A stretch of DNA of 64,000 nt from Octopus vulgaris (GCA_951406725.2 OX597817.1:135036001-135100000), one strand, 5' to 3'. Positions 1 through 15,814 are shown, counted from the first letter of the stretch. The notes: generated from the sequence alone by a model not told the origin. Numbers and translations are program-made.

Positions 1-62
<62 letters not shown>

Positions 63-107
63 GTATATATAAATATATCATCTATATATATATATGTGTG
101 TGTGTGT

Positions 108-363
108 GGAGGCGGTTTCGATTCCCAGACCGGGTGTTGTGAGTGTTTATTGAGCGAAAACACCTAAAAGCTCCACGAGGCTCCGGCAGGGGGTGGTGAT
201 CCCTGCTGTACTCTTTCACCACTCTTTCTCCCACTCTTTCTTCTGTTGGCCTGCTCGCTTAGCCAGCGGGGTGGCGTCATTCAAAGGCTAAAAACAATGC
301 GAACGCATTGTGACCAGCGATGTGTAACAACATCTGATGGTCTGGTTGGTCACGTGATCACGT

Positions 364-365
<2 letters not shown>
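108..365 (+). mobile_element. tRNA-derived SINE (head shared with 57060 and 59483 copies), 5' part partly deleted, tail type 1
   Basis: Box B-like GTTTCGATTCC plus core GAGCGAAAACACCTAAAAGCTCCACGAGGCTCCGG shared with 57060-57350 and 59092-59483; ends in tandem TCACGTGA x2. Confidence 0.8.
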
Positions 366-418
<53 letters not shown>

Positions 419-2535
419 TATATATATATACATATATATATACATACATAATATATATACATATATACATTTATATATATGCATATATATATGAATTAAT
501 ATATGTATGCATATGCATACATATGTAGATCGTATATTTATATGTATACAGAGCGATAAGGAGGAGGGAGAAGGAGGGGGAGAGAGAGAAGGAAATAAAA
601 GAGGGTGACGGATAGGGTAAAAAGACGGAGAGGCAGACTGAGAGAGAGAGACAGAGAGATGGAAAGATGTGAATATGTGCGTTGGCGCATAGGCAAATGC
701 GAGAATATATTTTGATTCAATCGATACAACTCTATTGTTCCAGAAAGGAAACCAACGTAGAATTTGATATATGGAATGGTCCTAGAATCGTCAGTAGAGA
801 ACAACACACCGAATTGTGCAGACGAAATTAATATAGATGTGATGACATAGAAAATTGATACAAGTTTGGAACGCAAGTATGAAGAAGATGATGGCGGAAG
901 GGAAGAGAAAAAGGAGAAGAAAAATTATTCCGAGAAATTCTAACATCAAACAGACCAATATTTGGAATACAACACAACCAGGAATTATATTTGTTAACAA
1001 TGAATCAAAATCGGATAGAATTGTCGATATTGTTCGGAATCAGAAAAAAACGTAGATGTCGCATACATTTAAAATAGCTGGAAAGAAATATATGAAAATA
1101 TATCAACAATACTTTTAAACTAGATCCGTTAATGGAATTTATATCAAGTCATCAACATGGCTACCGTCAAACTGGCGATTTTGGTAAGAATATGTGTTCA
1201 ACAGACACTGGCACCAGATTCCAGTGATTATTATCCAAAGATTTGGCTTTTGATTATGCTCTTATGTTTATCTATCTTCACTTCATACCGTCTCTCTGGT
1301 TCGGTATTTTTTTAATTCTTCACCCTTTATCGCTATCTCTTCTTCATTATGAAAGATCAAGCAACAATCATTTTCTGTAGCTACTCTTAATTATGTCGTG
1401 GTGGGATATCCGTATGAAGCTAGTTTTATAAACCAGTATTCACCAGCGGTTTAAATACAATATTTTTAACTGTACACATTTTAAATTACCACCGGTTACA
1501 TTTCAATGGCCCTTTTTATACGGCCTCATCATTCTACAATAGCCAGATGCCAATATTCCAGTGGCGCCCTTTAATAACTATACTCGTATATAGAATCAGA
1601 TCCTCACGTCCATTATATCGTACCTTGACCTGAACATAACTACAGCCCAGACCCAACTCGAAAGAGAACAAGCAGCAGGTCTGTATCAGTGTACAGCTGT
1701 GTATTAATATACGTATGCCGGCATGTATATATTTATGCATTTACATGTATTTACATGTATTTACACACACTCCCACTCACACATATATCATTCAACAATG
1801 TTAGTAGATGAACAATATTCTTAAGGCCGCAATTTACTTACATGCAGCATCTTTCAGAGCCAGTCGCTAATTCAGTTCTTAACTAAATGGAAAACCGTTA
1901 GTATTTTACAAACAAGTTGTAAAAAGGAAAAAAATAACAGTAATAATGATAGTAGGAGAGACGAAAGAGAAAAAAAGACAGACATATCATACACATTTAT
2001 ATGTCTGTCTTTTTCCCCCAACTTTCATCTCCCTTACTATTATTATTAGTTAGTTTTTCCCCTTTTAAAACTTTCTTGAAATTATCCGATTTTTCCCTAT
2101 TACCCCATTTGTTTTCTCGCTTATTGTATCTTATTTTAATTTATTTTATTTTATTAAACCTTTTTTATGTCCTTCCTAAAATTCCTCACACTGGTGAGAA
2201 TGACAATGCATAAATTTAATAGTAATTACTATGATTATAATTTTTTTCTTACATATTTGTATTGTCCTTTGAAATGTGCGTATGTATTGAATCCAATTTT
2301 GTATTAAATCTAATTTTGATTCAACATCTTTTTCTTCTCCATTCTTTTATACTTGTTTATGGTATATTTATACCTATAACGATATTTTTCAGCTACTATT
2401 TTCATATTCTTATTACTTGCTCCAGCTGTTTGTATTTTTATGAATATGATGAATCTTTATTAGAAATCATTCTTTCTTTTTGGACCTCTCAAAACGTTTG
2501 AATTGTTTTTTCGCATATATATATATATATACGTA

Positions 2536-2594
<59 letters not shown>

Positions 2595-2610
2595 GTATAT
2601 CATTATGTAT

Positions 2611-2661
<51 letters not shown>

Positions 2662-2664
<3 letters not shown>

Positions 2665-2818
2665 CAAAATGGGATAAGAATGCAAAGCATCCAGACAACT
2701 AGATGATACAAAAAGGGACAACAAAACATCCAGATAAACGATATAAAGAAAACAAGGACGTGTCACTGGAAGTTTTCTATCTTCAGTCAAGAACCAGATT
2801 ATCCTTGCAATTTCGGCC
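2662..2818. repeat. Diverged partial copy of unclassified dispersed repeat (family C, probably PLE terminal repeat)
   Basis: Matches 20543-20660 and 63462-63580 (GGGA.AAGAA.G..AA.CAT ... TCTTCAGTCAAGAA ... GCAATTTCGGC); flanked by (TA)n. Confidence 0.6.
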
Positions 2819-3015
2819 ATATATATATATATATATGCTTGAAATTTTGTCTCGAGACTCGAGTTTCATTCCACTTTCACCAAAAGATTGTAATGTCTCT
2901 CTTTCGCTTGGGTTAGGTGCCTCCACTAAAGCTTTAGTGTCCACCCCCACCCATTTGTAGGTTACATGCGCAGCAGAGCAGCAAGCCAGAAATGTTTGAA
3001 TCGTCGCGTATATAA

Positions 3016-3159
<144 letters not shown>

Positions 3160-4263
3160 ATATATACCAGAAAATTGGATGGCCGTTGACTCAGTGGCGT
3201 TCATTCTCCTTGGGGCGAGTCTTGTTTGTGACCCACAGGGTGTCCATGAACCACCCTGCCTATCAAGCTGACTTGGTAGTGTTTCTGGTTTAGTCGGCAA
3301 CAGCCCCCCCCCCCGATGCAACAGGTTGCATTGAGTTAGTTACATGTTACCGGTAGTACTCAAGCTTGATCTGACATATACCCCCCTCGTTGAAGTAGAA
3401 AAGTGCTGAATAGAAAATTTCCCCATAAGGTGAAATGTTGGGCACCCACTACGTGAACCTACACCAGGTTTTTTTACTCCGGTTTGGGCCCAGGGTTAGT
3501 TTACATTGCTAATGAATTGAGAAGATGTTACAAATAACATATCTATTGCATTATACCCAGAGATGATGTGAACACCACTTCCTTGTCTTGTTTTATCTTG
3601 AATCTCATGCGTAAACGACTGCTCTGCTATAATTTGGAAGGTTATAGACATACTTTCCATGTAGCCTAATTGATTGCGTATTTGCGGTGGTGATGTGTAT
3701 GAGAGGTGCAGATCAGTTTGAGAAACTACATCTACAGAACTACCTAACGTATTCCTCAATAGACGAGTATTTCTCTTCGAACATTTTCATCTGACTGATC
3801 CAAAAAATGCCATTCAATGACTGCAATAGAAAAATTACTGAGGATTGGACTGTCATACTAACGAAAGTTGCTATTGGTTGATATATTTCTCTTAGGTCCA
3901 AATAGCATTCTATAGTGCTGCGCAGCGGTGGACGGCTGCAACTTCCACCGCGAGCCATACCCTCGATCAACGAGAACACAAACTTACAACAACCAATACA
4001 GAGCAACTTTTCAAATCAAATGCGGTTAAAGCTTTGCTTTTGACAAACATTGGAAACCTTAGACACGTATTTTGCGTATCTATGAAACTCAAAGTAATGG
4101 TCGTCTAAATCAACAATGCTTCATCTGCAAATATAAACTCTACATGAGATTACTGAGTGCCTTTTTCTTTCTTTCATACACATAAACTTTTACATACACA
4201 CACATACTGATGTCTATGTGAAGTTACCAAATACTAGCTCTAATATAGAATATGAGCCTCACA

Positions 4264-4504
4264 TGATGTCATAGATATAATACGATTCGTTTAACGGCAT
4301 CATGAATATACAACACACATTCTATAATCATGACGTCACATAATAATAATAATCCAGTCGGTGAATGACGCCACGTGTTGAACGAATGACGTCATTACTG
4401 ATTATTATCGCTCTTAATAATGCCCAGATATCAGTTATCTGATTAGAATGGCGCATGCTAATTTCCTTTTAATGAAATGCAATTATCTATTTCCTCAGAC
4501 GTCA
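4264..4504. promoter_or_regulatory. Cluster of CRE/ATF motifs (putative enhancer)
   Basis: Perfect TGACGTCA at 4331 and 4387; near matches TGATGTCA 4264, TGACGCCA 4366 (overlapping CACGTG 4372), AGACGTCA 4497; lies in non-repetitive sequence. Confidence 0.4.
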
Positions 4505-5548
4505 CACGATTAACCATCGCTCAAAAAAAATTTTTCCGTGAGGTTCTCATCATCTCCTGACAAAAAATTCATTATATGAGACAGTTTGGCTTCAAGACAT
4601 CCTTATGAACATACATACACACATACATACATACATACAATGAGCGTGTGAGTACATGTGTGTGTACATGTGTGTGTGTGTGTGTGTGCGTGTGTGTGTG
4701 TATTATGTATATTAGTTTCTTATTTCAGTAATTTTGATTTTTGTTATTTTCTCATTCAAGATGTTTTGTCACTGTTAAACTTCAAACTTGTTTTTGCACA
4801 GCCATTAAATTATTTTAACAAATTGCTAAGTTGAGGAAACGCTAACAAGAAGATGTTACGACTGCAACGCCATCTATCTTATCTGAATAATATTTTAACT
4901 TCAAATTATAGAAGTGTGTGCTTTACTGCTTTGTTTGTCGAATTGTGTGTCAACAGATGAATAGATTTCATCTTTGCCGTAAAAAAATTGTTCTTTCATT
5001 CGTTTCTTTTTCTCCTTTATTTCTTTTTAAATCTGTTTACTTTTTTCTTTTTCATTATGTTCGAAATAATTTTTGCTCATTCATCTTTTATTCTCTATCC
5101 CGATTAATCCCTGTAGTTTTAATGCGGATTATTAATGAGGAGGGAAATAACGGAAGGAAGACAACAACAGAAACAGATAAATCTTGACAAGCCCTGTTAA
5201 AAGCAACTTCACGTCAGTTGCAGTAAGAAGGGATTCAGAGCTAAAATACAACTTGAAAGTACCAGCAGCAGCAGCAGCAACAACAACAACAGCGAAATAT
5301 TCTCACGTTTGCAGTTGACAGATTAAATTCATTGGTCGACACTTAGGTCTCGTTTTGTACAGGAAAGGTGAAAGAAGGGAGAACAACAAACATAACAAAC
5401 TATTTTAGTGAAGGCTTAAAGTTCACGGACAGCCATGTTGTGATTTATGAAAACATGCGAAGTATAACAATTAAAAATCAAACTCTTACATGAACACACA
5501 AACATTCATATATGCACACATAATATACATACATGCATACACACACGC

Positions 5549-5597
<49 letters not shown>

Positions 5598-6077
5598 GTT
5601 AATCCAAACGGGAAAACAGAAAAAACAACAACACGTGGAACAATTAAAGTATTATTATTATTAGGCGCTCAGGAAAAAGGATATACATATCCATATACAT
5701 ACATTATTTATATATAGAGAGAGGTACACAGAGAATGAGAGAGAGAAGAACTGATAGATTATTAGGCAGATAAATAGAGAGGGAACGATAGAGAGTGAGA
5801 AAGAGAGAGAGTTGTTTGTGAGTCGAATAAAACGGCTCATATATTAATAAAGTGGGCACGATATTGTAGTCACATATTACCCACGTAATCGGTTTCATGC
5901 CAGGAGTTGAAATAGTCCTAGCAATCATCAGAAAAGGCTGAAAAGAGAGGGTTTTTTTTTATGAGTGCCGGCATTATATCAGCCCATGAGATAATGAGGC
6001 CGATTGAAATGAAAATGTCTTTTATTATGAAAATATAAATAAATAAATAACAACAGACAGACATATAGATAGATGAT

Positions 6078-6227
<150 letters not shown>

Positions 6228-6645
6228 CAAACACCGTAAAAGATAAATTCTCAATTTATTGAAAGTATCGTCACTTCTATAAAAGATGGAATTACCGTCT
6301 GGAAGCTTTAAAGTAGAGGTAGAGATAATATCAAGAATCAAGAATCTCTAAAATTTACGTCACCAAGAAAAAGATAATCTGATACGTCCGTGCTGATGAA
6401 ATACATGCAACTGGTTCGCTAAGTTTTGTTACTAGTGTTTTTTTATTGTATTTATGCAAATTACCTCGACCAGATGGGGTGTTAAAACGACGCCAGAATT
6501 CATTTGTCATATAGAAGCTTTTCAGTATCATAGGTGTAAAATACACAAAGGCAAAAATAGTAGTAGTTGTTGTTACAGCAGTTTTAGAGACGAATATAAA
6601 GAGAACGCTCGTTTAGTTTTTCTATATGTGACCAGCTTTTACAGT

Positions 6646-6977
6646 AAGGGTAAAGACCCCCTTCGGTCATGAATGACCATGGGATTGCACCTAGAAAGTT
6701 ACCCTCCTAGACACAAGTCCGGGCAAGGTTGTTTATGGAAGACCAGCAGCCGCCCATGCATACCAGTCTCCCTCTCCATGCCACTAGTGTTATCCAAGGG
6801 AAAGACAAAGGTCGATACAGCTTGGCACCAGTGACGTCGCAACTCATTTCTACAGCTGAGTGAACTGGAGCAACGTGAAATAAAGTGCCTTGCTCAAGAA
6901 CACAACACGCAGCCCGGTCCGGGATTCGAGCTCACAACCTCACGATCGTAAGCTCGACGCTCTAACCACTGAGCCAT
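6646..6977 (-). mobile_element. tRNA-derived SINE (CORE-like), near full length
   Basis: Minus strand: box A TGGCTCAGTGG, box B-like GCTCGAATCC, CORE-like CTTGAGCAAGGCACTTT, then a ~200-bp 3' tail. Confidence 0.8.
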
Positions 6978-7228
6978 AATTTTGTGGGACGTTAACTGGT
7001 TTCAACAGTTAGTAAAAGAAACACCCCAATGAATATTTATACAAGTCCCTCCAAGAAAACTGCCGCTTCCGGTCATTTTTCCAAAATTGGAAATGTAATA
7101 TCTCACACCAATCCATTTACACACACAAGCGCGCGCACACACACTTGCGCACACGCACACAGACATACGCATATATATATACACACACAAACACACATAA
7201 AGTTTATATTTATACATATACATACATA

Positions 7229-7276
<48 letters not shown>

Positions 7277-7513
7277 TATGCATATATACATAAGCATACA
7301 TATCTTTATTATGTATTATATTATATTCTAGTATTTATTATATAATTATACATACATGCATTCATACATACATACATACATACATACATACATACATACG
7401 TGTGTGCTTGTGTGTGTGTGCTTTTGTGTCCCCTTGTGTGTGTGTTGTGCGTGCGTGTGTAAGTGTGTGTGTGTTTGTGGATGTATTTGCGCGCATGTGT
7501 ACATCAATGTTAT

Positions 7514-7700
7514 ATATTCAATAGAAAGCTTGAGTCACTCCATTACATCCATAAACACTCTAACCACCCTAAGACTACCACAACGTATTAAGGTATTACT
7601 TCCTCTAAAGAGCAAATTTTCAGCTAACACTCTCCCTATCAGAACAAATTTAAACTGGCTTCAGCAGGGGACGATGCAAACCTACTGAACTCGACAGGTT
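7514..7700 (+). pseudogene. Penelope-like (Naiad-like) RT thumb fragment
   Basis: Translates FNRKLESLHYIHKHSNHPK...*GITSSKEQIFS*HSPYQ, matching the PLE motif YIHxxSNHP...SS.E..F; contains stops. Confidence 0.6.
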
Positions 7701-8083
7701 GGGACTGCTTTTATCTACTAGTTTTATTTCTCAATTACTTCTCCATTCATTCCTTCAGCACCACATTTATTCCATTCGTCCATCACAACCCCAACGAAGG
7801 ATCCATGAACTTCCATACGATAAACTCATAAAGAAGCTAGACACCATTCCACGAGACAAGCAACACTGCGTGTTGTAATTATTTAAGTACGTCGCTTGCC
7901 ATGAAACATTTACTATTCTCATTGTAGTTATTTTTATTATTAGTGTCTCACGCCTCCATTAACTTTTAAATCAGTTACTCATTCCCCCAATTCGACCTGG
8001 ATAGAGAAACAACTTCTCATTGGTTTCCTGCAACACTTCTTCATAATTACGACAGCGCGTGCTCGTTAGTATCTTATATTTTA

Positions 8084-8304
8084 TATTCTATTTGACCGCG
8101 GACATGCTGGAGCACCGCGCTTAAGTCTTTTAGTCGAATGAATCGACACCCGGTGTCTTATTCTATCGCTCTTTCTTGATGACCAGCTAATATACAGGGA
8201 CGTAAACACATCAACACTGGTTTTCAAGCAGTGGTGAAGGACAAACTCACACACACAATCAAACACACACACATGCACGCACACAATACAAACGCGCACG
8301 CACG

Positions 8305-8397
<93 letters not shown>

Positions 8398-8543
8398 CAC
8401 AGGCTTCTTTCAGTTTTCATGAACAAATCCACTCACAAGGCTTTGTTTAGCCCGAGGCTATATTAGAAGGTACTCACCCAACGTGCCAAGCGATTGAACC
8501 GAGAACCATGTTGTTGGGCAGCTACCTCCTTATAACACAGTCC
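8084..8543 (-). mobile_element. SINE family B (internal microsatellite), diverged
   Basis: CATGCTGGAGCACC and TTCAGTTT..TCCACTCACAAGGC blocks shared with 38357-38717; (CA)n(TA)n inside. Confidence 0.75.
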
Positions 8544-8959
8544 ATTCATTTGTTTGTGTTACAGTATGTGGAGAGGGGAAGGTAGTAAAACGCCGCACTA
8601 AACGACCAGCAACATTTCAGTTACCTCCGGTTATCTCCCTTACTCTACCGTATGCAACCCCTGCAATGTATCGTCCAATCGGAAGTCGGTGAAGCATATA
8701 CCAGCAGTATGAGGGGGGAAAGTGTCAACACCGGAGTCGGGGGGGGGGGCATAGAATTAGACGAGTGAGGGCAATAAGGTTTGTGGCCATGTGCTGAGGC
8801 CAAAACTCCAGCGAAGGTAAGATTATAGTTCACCCATGAACTGGCGACAGAATATATTGATGGTGTTAAGTACCAGTTATGTACCAGGGTTGTTTCAATT
8901 ACATATAACACATTCCATTCACAATTAGGGTTTAATATAACATCTTTATTGTTAGACAG

Positions 8960-9726
8960 ATGCTGCTCTGCTGCTGTTGTTGTTGTTGCAGGCGATGGTT
9001 GTGCTGGTGGTGGTGGTGGTGCTGCTGCTGCTGCTGCTGGTACTGGTGGTGATGGTGGATATGGTGATGGTGGTGGTGGTGCTGGTGGTGGTGATGGTGG
9101 TGGTGGTGCTGCTGCTGCTGCTGGTACTGGTGGTGATGGTGGATATGGTGGTGGTGGTGGTGGTGGATGTGGCGGTGGTGGTGGTGGATGTGGTGGTGGT
9201 GGTGGTAGAGATGGTGGATGTGGAGGTGGTGGTGGCGACGGCGTTGTTGATGATGGTGGATGTGGTGGTGGTATTGGTGGTGGTTGCGGCGGCGGCGGCG
9301 CTGGTAGTGGTGGTGGTGGTGGTGGTGATGGTGGTGATGGTGGTGGTGGTGGTATACAGCTGCAGCTGATGATCTTGCTCATGCTGTTGCTGATAATGAT
9401 GATGAGGATGATGATGATGATGTCGATGTGGTTGTTTTTGTCAATGTTGCTGTTGATGTCGGCGTTGCTCTGTTATTGGTGCAGACGATGACAGCGATGA
9501 CGATAACGATGACGACGATGATGATCATGATGATCATGATGGTGACGATGATCATAGTGGTGATGGTGGTGTTGGTGGTAGCTGTGGTGGTACTTGCACA
9601 ACTGTAGCTGATACTACAGCTGCTGTTTCAACAGCAGTTATTATAACTGCTACTACTGCTACTACCACGACAACAACCACCACCATCACCACCACTACCG
9701 ACCACTACTACTATTACTGCTACAAA

Positions 9727-9758
<32 letters not shown>

Positions 9759-10105
9759 TTACTACTACCAACGGTACATCACCACCGCCACCAGAACACC
9801 ACCCCCACTACTAATACTACTACTACTCTAGCTATCACTAACACCTTAAGCACCACCACGAACACCACAACAACAACTACGACCACTACTACTATTACCG
9901 CCACCAACACCATCAGTAACACCACCACCAGGATCATCGCTAATGCTACAATTACAACCGCCACTACCACCAAAACCACCACTCTACTACTACGACTACT
10001 ACTACTACTACTATCGCCATTGCAGCTGCAGTAGAGGCATGTGTTGCTGCTGTTGCTACCGCTGCTGTTCTTGTTGTTGTTGTTGTTGTTGTTGTTGTCG
10101 TCGTC
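8960..10105. repeat. Compound trinucleotide low-complexity tract (GGT/GCT/GAT/ACT/ACC/GTT)
   Basis: Degenerate triplet repeats that change unit and strand bias along the tract. Confidence 0.9.
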
Positions 10106-10243
10106 CAAAATTGTTCATCTTACACATTATGTAATAATAAACTGCTGTCAGTTACTGATAAGATATACTTGCAATCCCACGAGACAGTCATACGTTCAGA
10201 CTTTCCAAATAACATAAGAAATCTTCTTCATTCCTTCATTCAT

Positions 10244-10392
<149 letters not shown>

Positions 10393-10508
10393 CTCGTTTC
10401 TCCATGGACAAGAAGTAATCCGCGAATCTAGACTTTCTAAGCATGTACACACACTCACTCATATATATAATAGACACATATACATATATATATATATGAT
10501 TATATATA

Positions 10509-10627
<119 letters not shown>

Positions 10628-10658
10628 TATGTGTATAATGATATATATATGTATATAT

Positions 10659-10698
<40 letters not shown>

Positions 10699-10828
10699 TA
10701 TATATTTATATATGTATATACACATGCAGGTATAAGTGTACTTAGCTATATCTCTATATACATTTACATATATATTTGGTTGTGTGTGCATGTATGTTTG
10801 TATAAATGCATGTTTATATCTACATGCG

Positions 10829-10864
<36 letters not shown>

Positions 10865-10942
10865 CATACACACACACACATAGACACATGCATTTATATA
10901 GATAGATACATACATATATTCATTCATTCATACATAGATGTA

Positions 10943-10975
<33 letters not shown>

Positions 10976-11070
10976 TCACACGCATGCATACTTATATATA
11001 AACACACATACACACAAATATGTATACACACACAAACACACATACCCACGCGCACAAACACAAACACACT

Positions 11071-11404
11071 TCTACTAGTTTCAGTTACTAGACTGCGGCC
11101 ATGATGGAGCACCGCCTTGAAAATTTTAATCAATGAAATCGACTCTTGTTCCATTTACTGCATCGATCATTTTCACCGAACTGCTAAATCAAATGAATGT
11201 AGGCTAATCAACAAGACACACAGACAGATACATATGCATCCATGCATACATACAAGCAATGGGCTTCCACATAGTTTCTCTATACTGTATTCATTAATGA
11301 AGCACTGCGTATAACAAAGGGCAATTGCTTAATAAACCGTGCAGTGAGCCGAACCTGAAACCATGCTGTCGTGACGCAAACTTTTTACCGCAAATTCATG
11401 CCTA
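11071..11404 (-). mobile_element. SINE family B, diverged
   Basis: GTTTCAGT..GACTGCGGCCATG.TGGAGCACCGCC 3' block plus a degraded head. Confidence 0.7.
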
Positions 11405-11585
11405 CAATACACATACACTCGCACACACACATGCACACACGCACACGTACACACGTACACATGCACGCGTATGCGCGCACGCACACATACGCACGCACAC
11501 ACACGCACAGATATATGCATTTGTGCATATATATATGTATGTTCATATATATGTTTGTTTGCATGTATATATGTATATATATATA

Positions 11586-11692
<107 letters not shown>

Positions 11693-11826
11693 CATATATA
11701 TATATATATAGACACACATGTACACAGGCATTCATACATGTATATATTCAAATCTATGTATATACAAGCACACAGATTATGTATGTGCGCTCGTGTGCTT
11801 TTGTGTACATTCTTATATACATTTGG

Positions 11827-11972
<146 letters not shown>

Positions 11973-13244
11973 TTAGCTCTTTTATCTAAGCATTTATTTA
12001 TTGAGGCGTTTTATCGGCTCGTAGTGATAAGATGTTGTGATGTTCATTATGTGCCGGGAGCACTCAGAAAATGGATACATAGTTGCATGGAGTAAAACTC
12101 AACTTTTGTACTCGATCTAAATTGTTGCCATGGAATTCTCAGTGTTCAGTTTTCTAGGAATGAAGAACTCAAGGCTTGTGGCGGGGAAGACATTCCCAAG
12201 GTTATTCGACATCGTAGAATTGACGTGGAATGGTTTTAGACGCAGAATCAGTGCAGGGTCTTGGAGGAGTTCACATCGACGCCTACGCCATGAATTAAGT
12301 TTTTGTAATATTAATTTGGCAAGCGTTGGAATGGACAAAGCCTTAAGAAGCTCTGTACACTGGCGTTGGTACTTAGGTAGGTGTGCGAATATTTTATAGT
12401 TTCTACCCGCCTATTTCTGGCTTCAAATGCTAACAATAATACCAGTAATATACATCGGGGTTACCTGCCGATGAATATATTTCTCTCTCTTGTTATACAA
12501 TTATTGAAAGAAGGTTAAAATATAAATTAATTTAAGCGCGAGAAAGAAGAACGGCGGTGGCGAGAATCGATAGGTACCGGCTAAATATGCCTCGTCGTAA
12601 TTTTCTGCAAGTTTTTTAATCTCTCAGTCGAAGTTTGGTTTTCATCCTGGCTGGGATCGATGAATTAAAGTACCAGTCATGCATTGATTTCAATATAATC
12701 GATTGTTCCGAAAGACACACCCACACTCGCATAAGTACACACAGAGATTGATCCATACAAGAAATGTGTGGACTTGTGCTAGAACGACAATCAATAATTT
12801 GTTTTGAAAAAGAGAGGAAAAAAAAAGAACAAAAGACACGCGAAACATCGGCAGAACGAAAACACACAGACACAGACACACGCACATATATCCATATATA
12901 TATATATATATATAACCATGCACGCAAATGTATACACATATGAGGACGTGAATGAACTGCTTCAGACACACATACATACATAGTCATACAGAATTTTCTA
13001 GAGAAATGATAAAGTATTATTGAGAGGAAAACATTTCAAAAACCAAATGAATTACACAAAACTAAATTTTTAAAAAATTCCAAATAATCCAAAAATTTTA
13101 TTTCAGTAACTAAATGTTGAAAACAGTTGCAGAAATAAAACCATGAATTTCAAGAAATTTCAGATAATATGTCAATATTTTTGTTAATTTTTACATCATT
13201 TTGGTCCAGGATGGAAATGGTAAGGAGAAATACATTATCATTAA

Positions 13245-13460
<216 letters not shown>

Positions 13461-13615
13461 TTCATCGCCATCGTTGTCATTTAAATTCTCTTTTATCTCC
13501 TATTGTTTATTATTCTCACCCTCCTCCTGTTAGCGTTTATTTACACACATACACACGCATACCTACACATGCATGTGCATATGCATGCAAGCATGCAAGT
13601 AACAATACACTCTAT

Positions 13616-13647
<32 letters not shown>

Positions 13648-13670
13648 GTATGTATATATATATATATATA

Positions 13671-13727
<57 letters not shown>

Positions 13728-14139
13728 ATAGATACATACAGAAAAACATATATATATATATATATATTAAATATATGCATATTTATATATATAAATATAC
13801 AAACATATATGTATGTCTGCATGCGTACATGCATGCATGTATGTATGTATGATGCATGTATGCATACGTATATATATATGTGTAGTGATAGAGCCATCGC
13901 CGCAATGGAATTAGCAAAGGACTACGCAAATGAATGCAATGGAATGTAGAATATCGACGTCTGTCAGGGTGGGAGGTGTCTATGTAAATTCATGTGTGTG
14001 TGTGCCTGTGTATGTGAGTGTGTGTCTATATATGTGTGTGTATGTATATATATATAATGTTTATATACATACGTACATATATATATCTATAAATGCATTG
14101 TTTACATTTTGCACTGTGGGACCCTCGTGACACCAGCAG

Positions 14140-14187
<48 letters not shown>

Positions 14188-14399
14188 CATGTGTGTGTGT
14201 ATGTATGTATGCATATGTATATGTATGTATATGCATATATGTATATACATGTATATACATATACGCCTGTTCACACGTATATACATACATATGTACATAA
14301 GTGTATATATACGTATACACATATATATATAATGCATACATTTATATATACATACATGTGTATATATATCAATATACCTATACATAAATTTATATATAT

Positions 14400-14493
<94 letters not shown>

Positions 14494-14643
14494 CATATAC
14501 GAATATGAATATACGCGCATATACATACATATTAATAAGTTTTCATTTTTTGAAAAGACATTTACCTTCGAAGTTTTAAAATAAACCTTTTAACTTGTTT
14601 GCTTAGGAATCCAGGCGCCTTTCCCAAGTCTTTGTGCCTGGCC

Positions 14644-14710
14644 GTTTCCATGACAACCAGAACTGGTAATGACGTCATCGATGTTCGTCACGATGTCCCT
14701 TCCTCACGTG
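14644..14710. promoter_or_regulatory. RFX X-box + CRE + E-box module (putative)
   Basis: GTTTCCATGACAAC (14644-57) fits the X-box consensus GTHNYYATRRNAAC; ATGACGTCAT 14669-78; CGTCA 14686; CACGTG 14705. Confidence 0.4.
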
Positions 14711-14814
14711 CCTGGCTGCATCTTTTTGTGTTTTTTCTTTTACATTTCTCTCGTCTTTTTTCTTCTTATGTTTTGTTTTTCTACTGACGAAAATCTGTTG
14801 CGCATATGAATGTG

Positions 14815-14890
<76 letters not shown>

Positions 14891-14959
14891 TACGTATATA
14901 CATATATATATTTACTAATATATATATATATGTATATATATATACAGATATATATGTAA

Positions 14960-15045
<86 letters not shown>

Positions 15046-15269
15046 ATGTATGTATATATAAGCATACGGATAGATAGATAGATACATACATACATACGTA
15101 CATGCATACACACATACATTGATAGAAAGAGGGAGAGGGAGATGTGTAGATACATCGATAGAAGGATAGATAGATAGTTAGATAGATGCAGGCTATGTGT
15201 ATGTGTGTGCGTGTACATATATATGTGTTTGTACGCATGTACTTATGCATGAATTTATATACATATATA

Positions 15270-15305
<36 letters not shown>

Positions 15306-15320
15306 TACACACCAACATAC

Positions 15321-15369
<49 letters not shown>

Positions 15370-15405
15370 GACATACATATGCACGTATACATATACGTAA
15401 TAAGG

Positions 15406-15440
<35 letters not shown>

Positions 15441-15814
15441 GATGAGCAGATTGTGAGATACTGAGAACGAGAAAGTGAAAGTGAAAGTAAAGAACAAGAA
15501 ATAAAGGATAAGAAATATTAAATGGAAGAAAATGAAATTGAAAAAGAAAGAGACTGTGAAAGGAAATGATAGACAGAGAGGGTGAGAAAGAGCGAGAGAA
15601 AGGCAGAGACAGAGAGGGAGAGAGTGCGAGAGAGAGAGAGAGTGAGACAGAAGGCAGTGACTGGTTGGTGTTGTGGAACGTCTGTTCGGATCCAGTGTAA
15701 ACAACAGGAAACTGAAGACATATTCAATCCGAAAGAATATTCCTATCATTTTTCCACTATGTTCAGACTAAATTTAGATATTCCAACATTTTCTCTCCCT
15801 CCCTCCCTCTCTCT

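Noticed and set aside
8645-9491. Pro-rich 245-aa and Gly-rich 180-aa ORFs
   Set aside because: Open on both strands and several frames because of GGT/ACC triplets; no domain or splice evidence. The same applies to 29064-29553 and 59998-60589.
15707-15748. CTGAAGA...GAAA hammerhead-like spacing
   Set aside because: No stem II pairing, and stem I is out of register.
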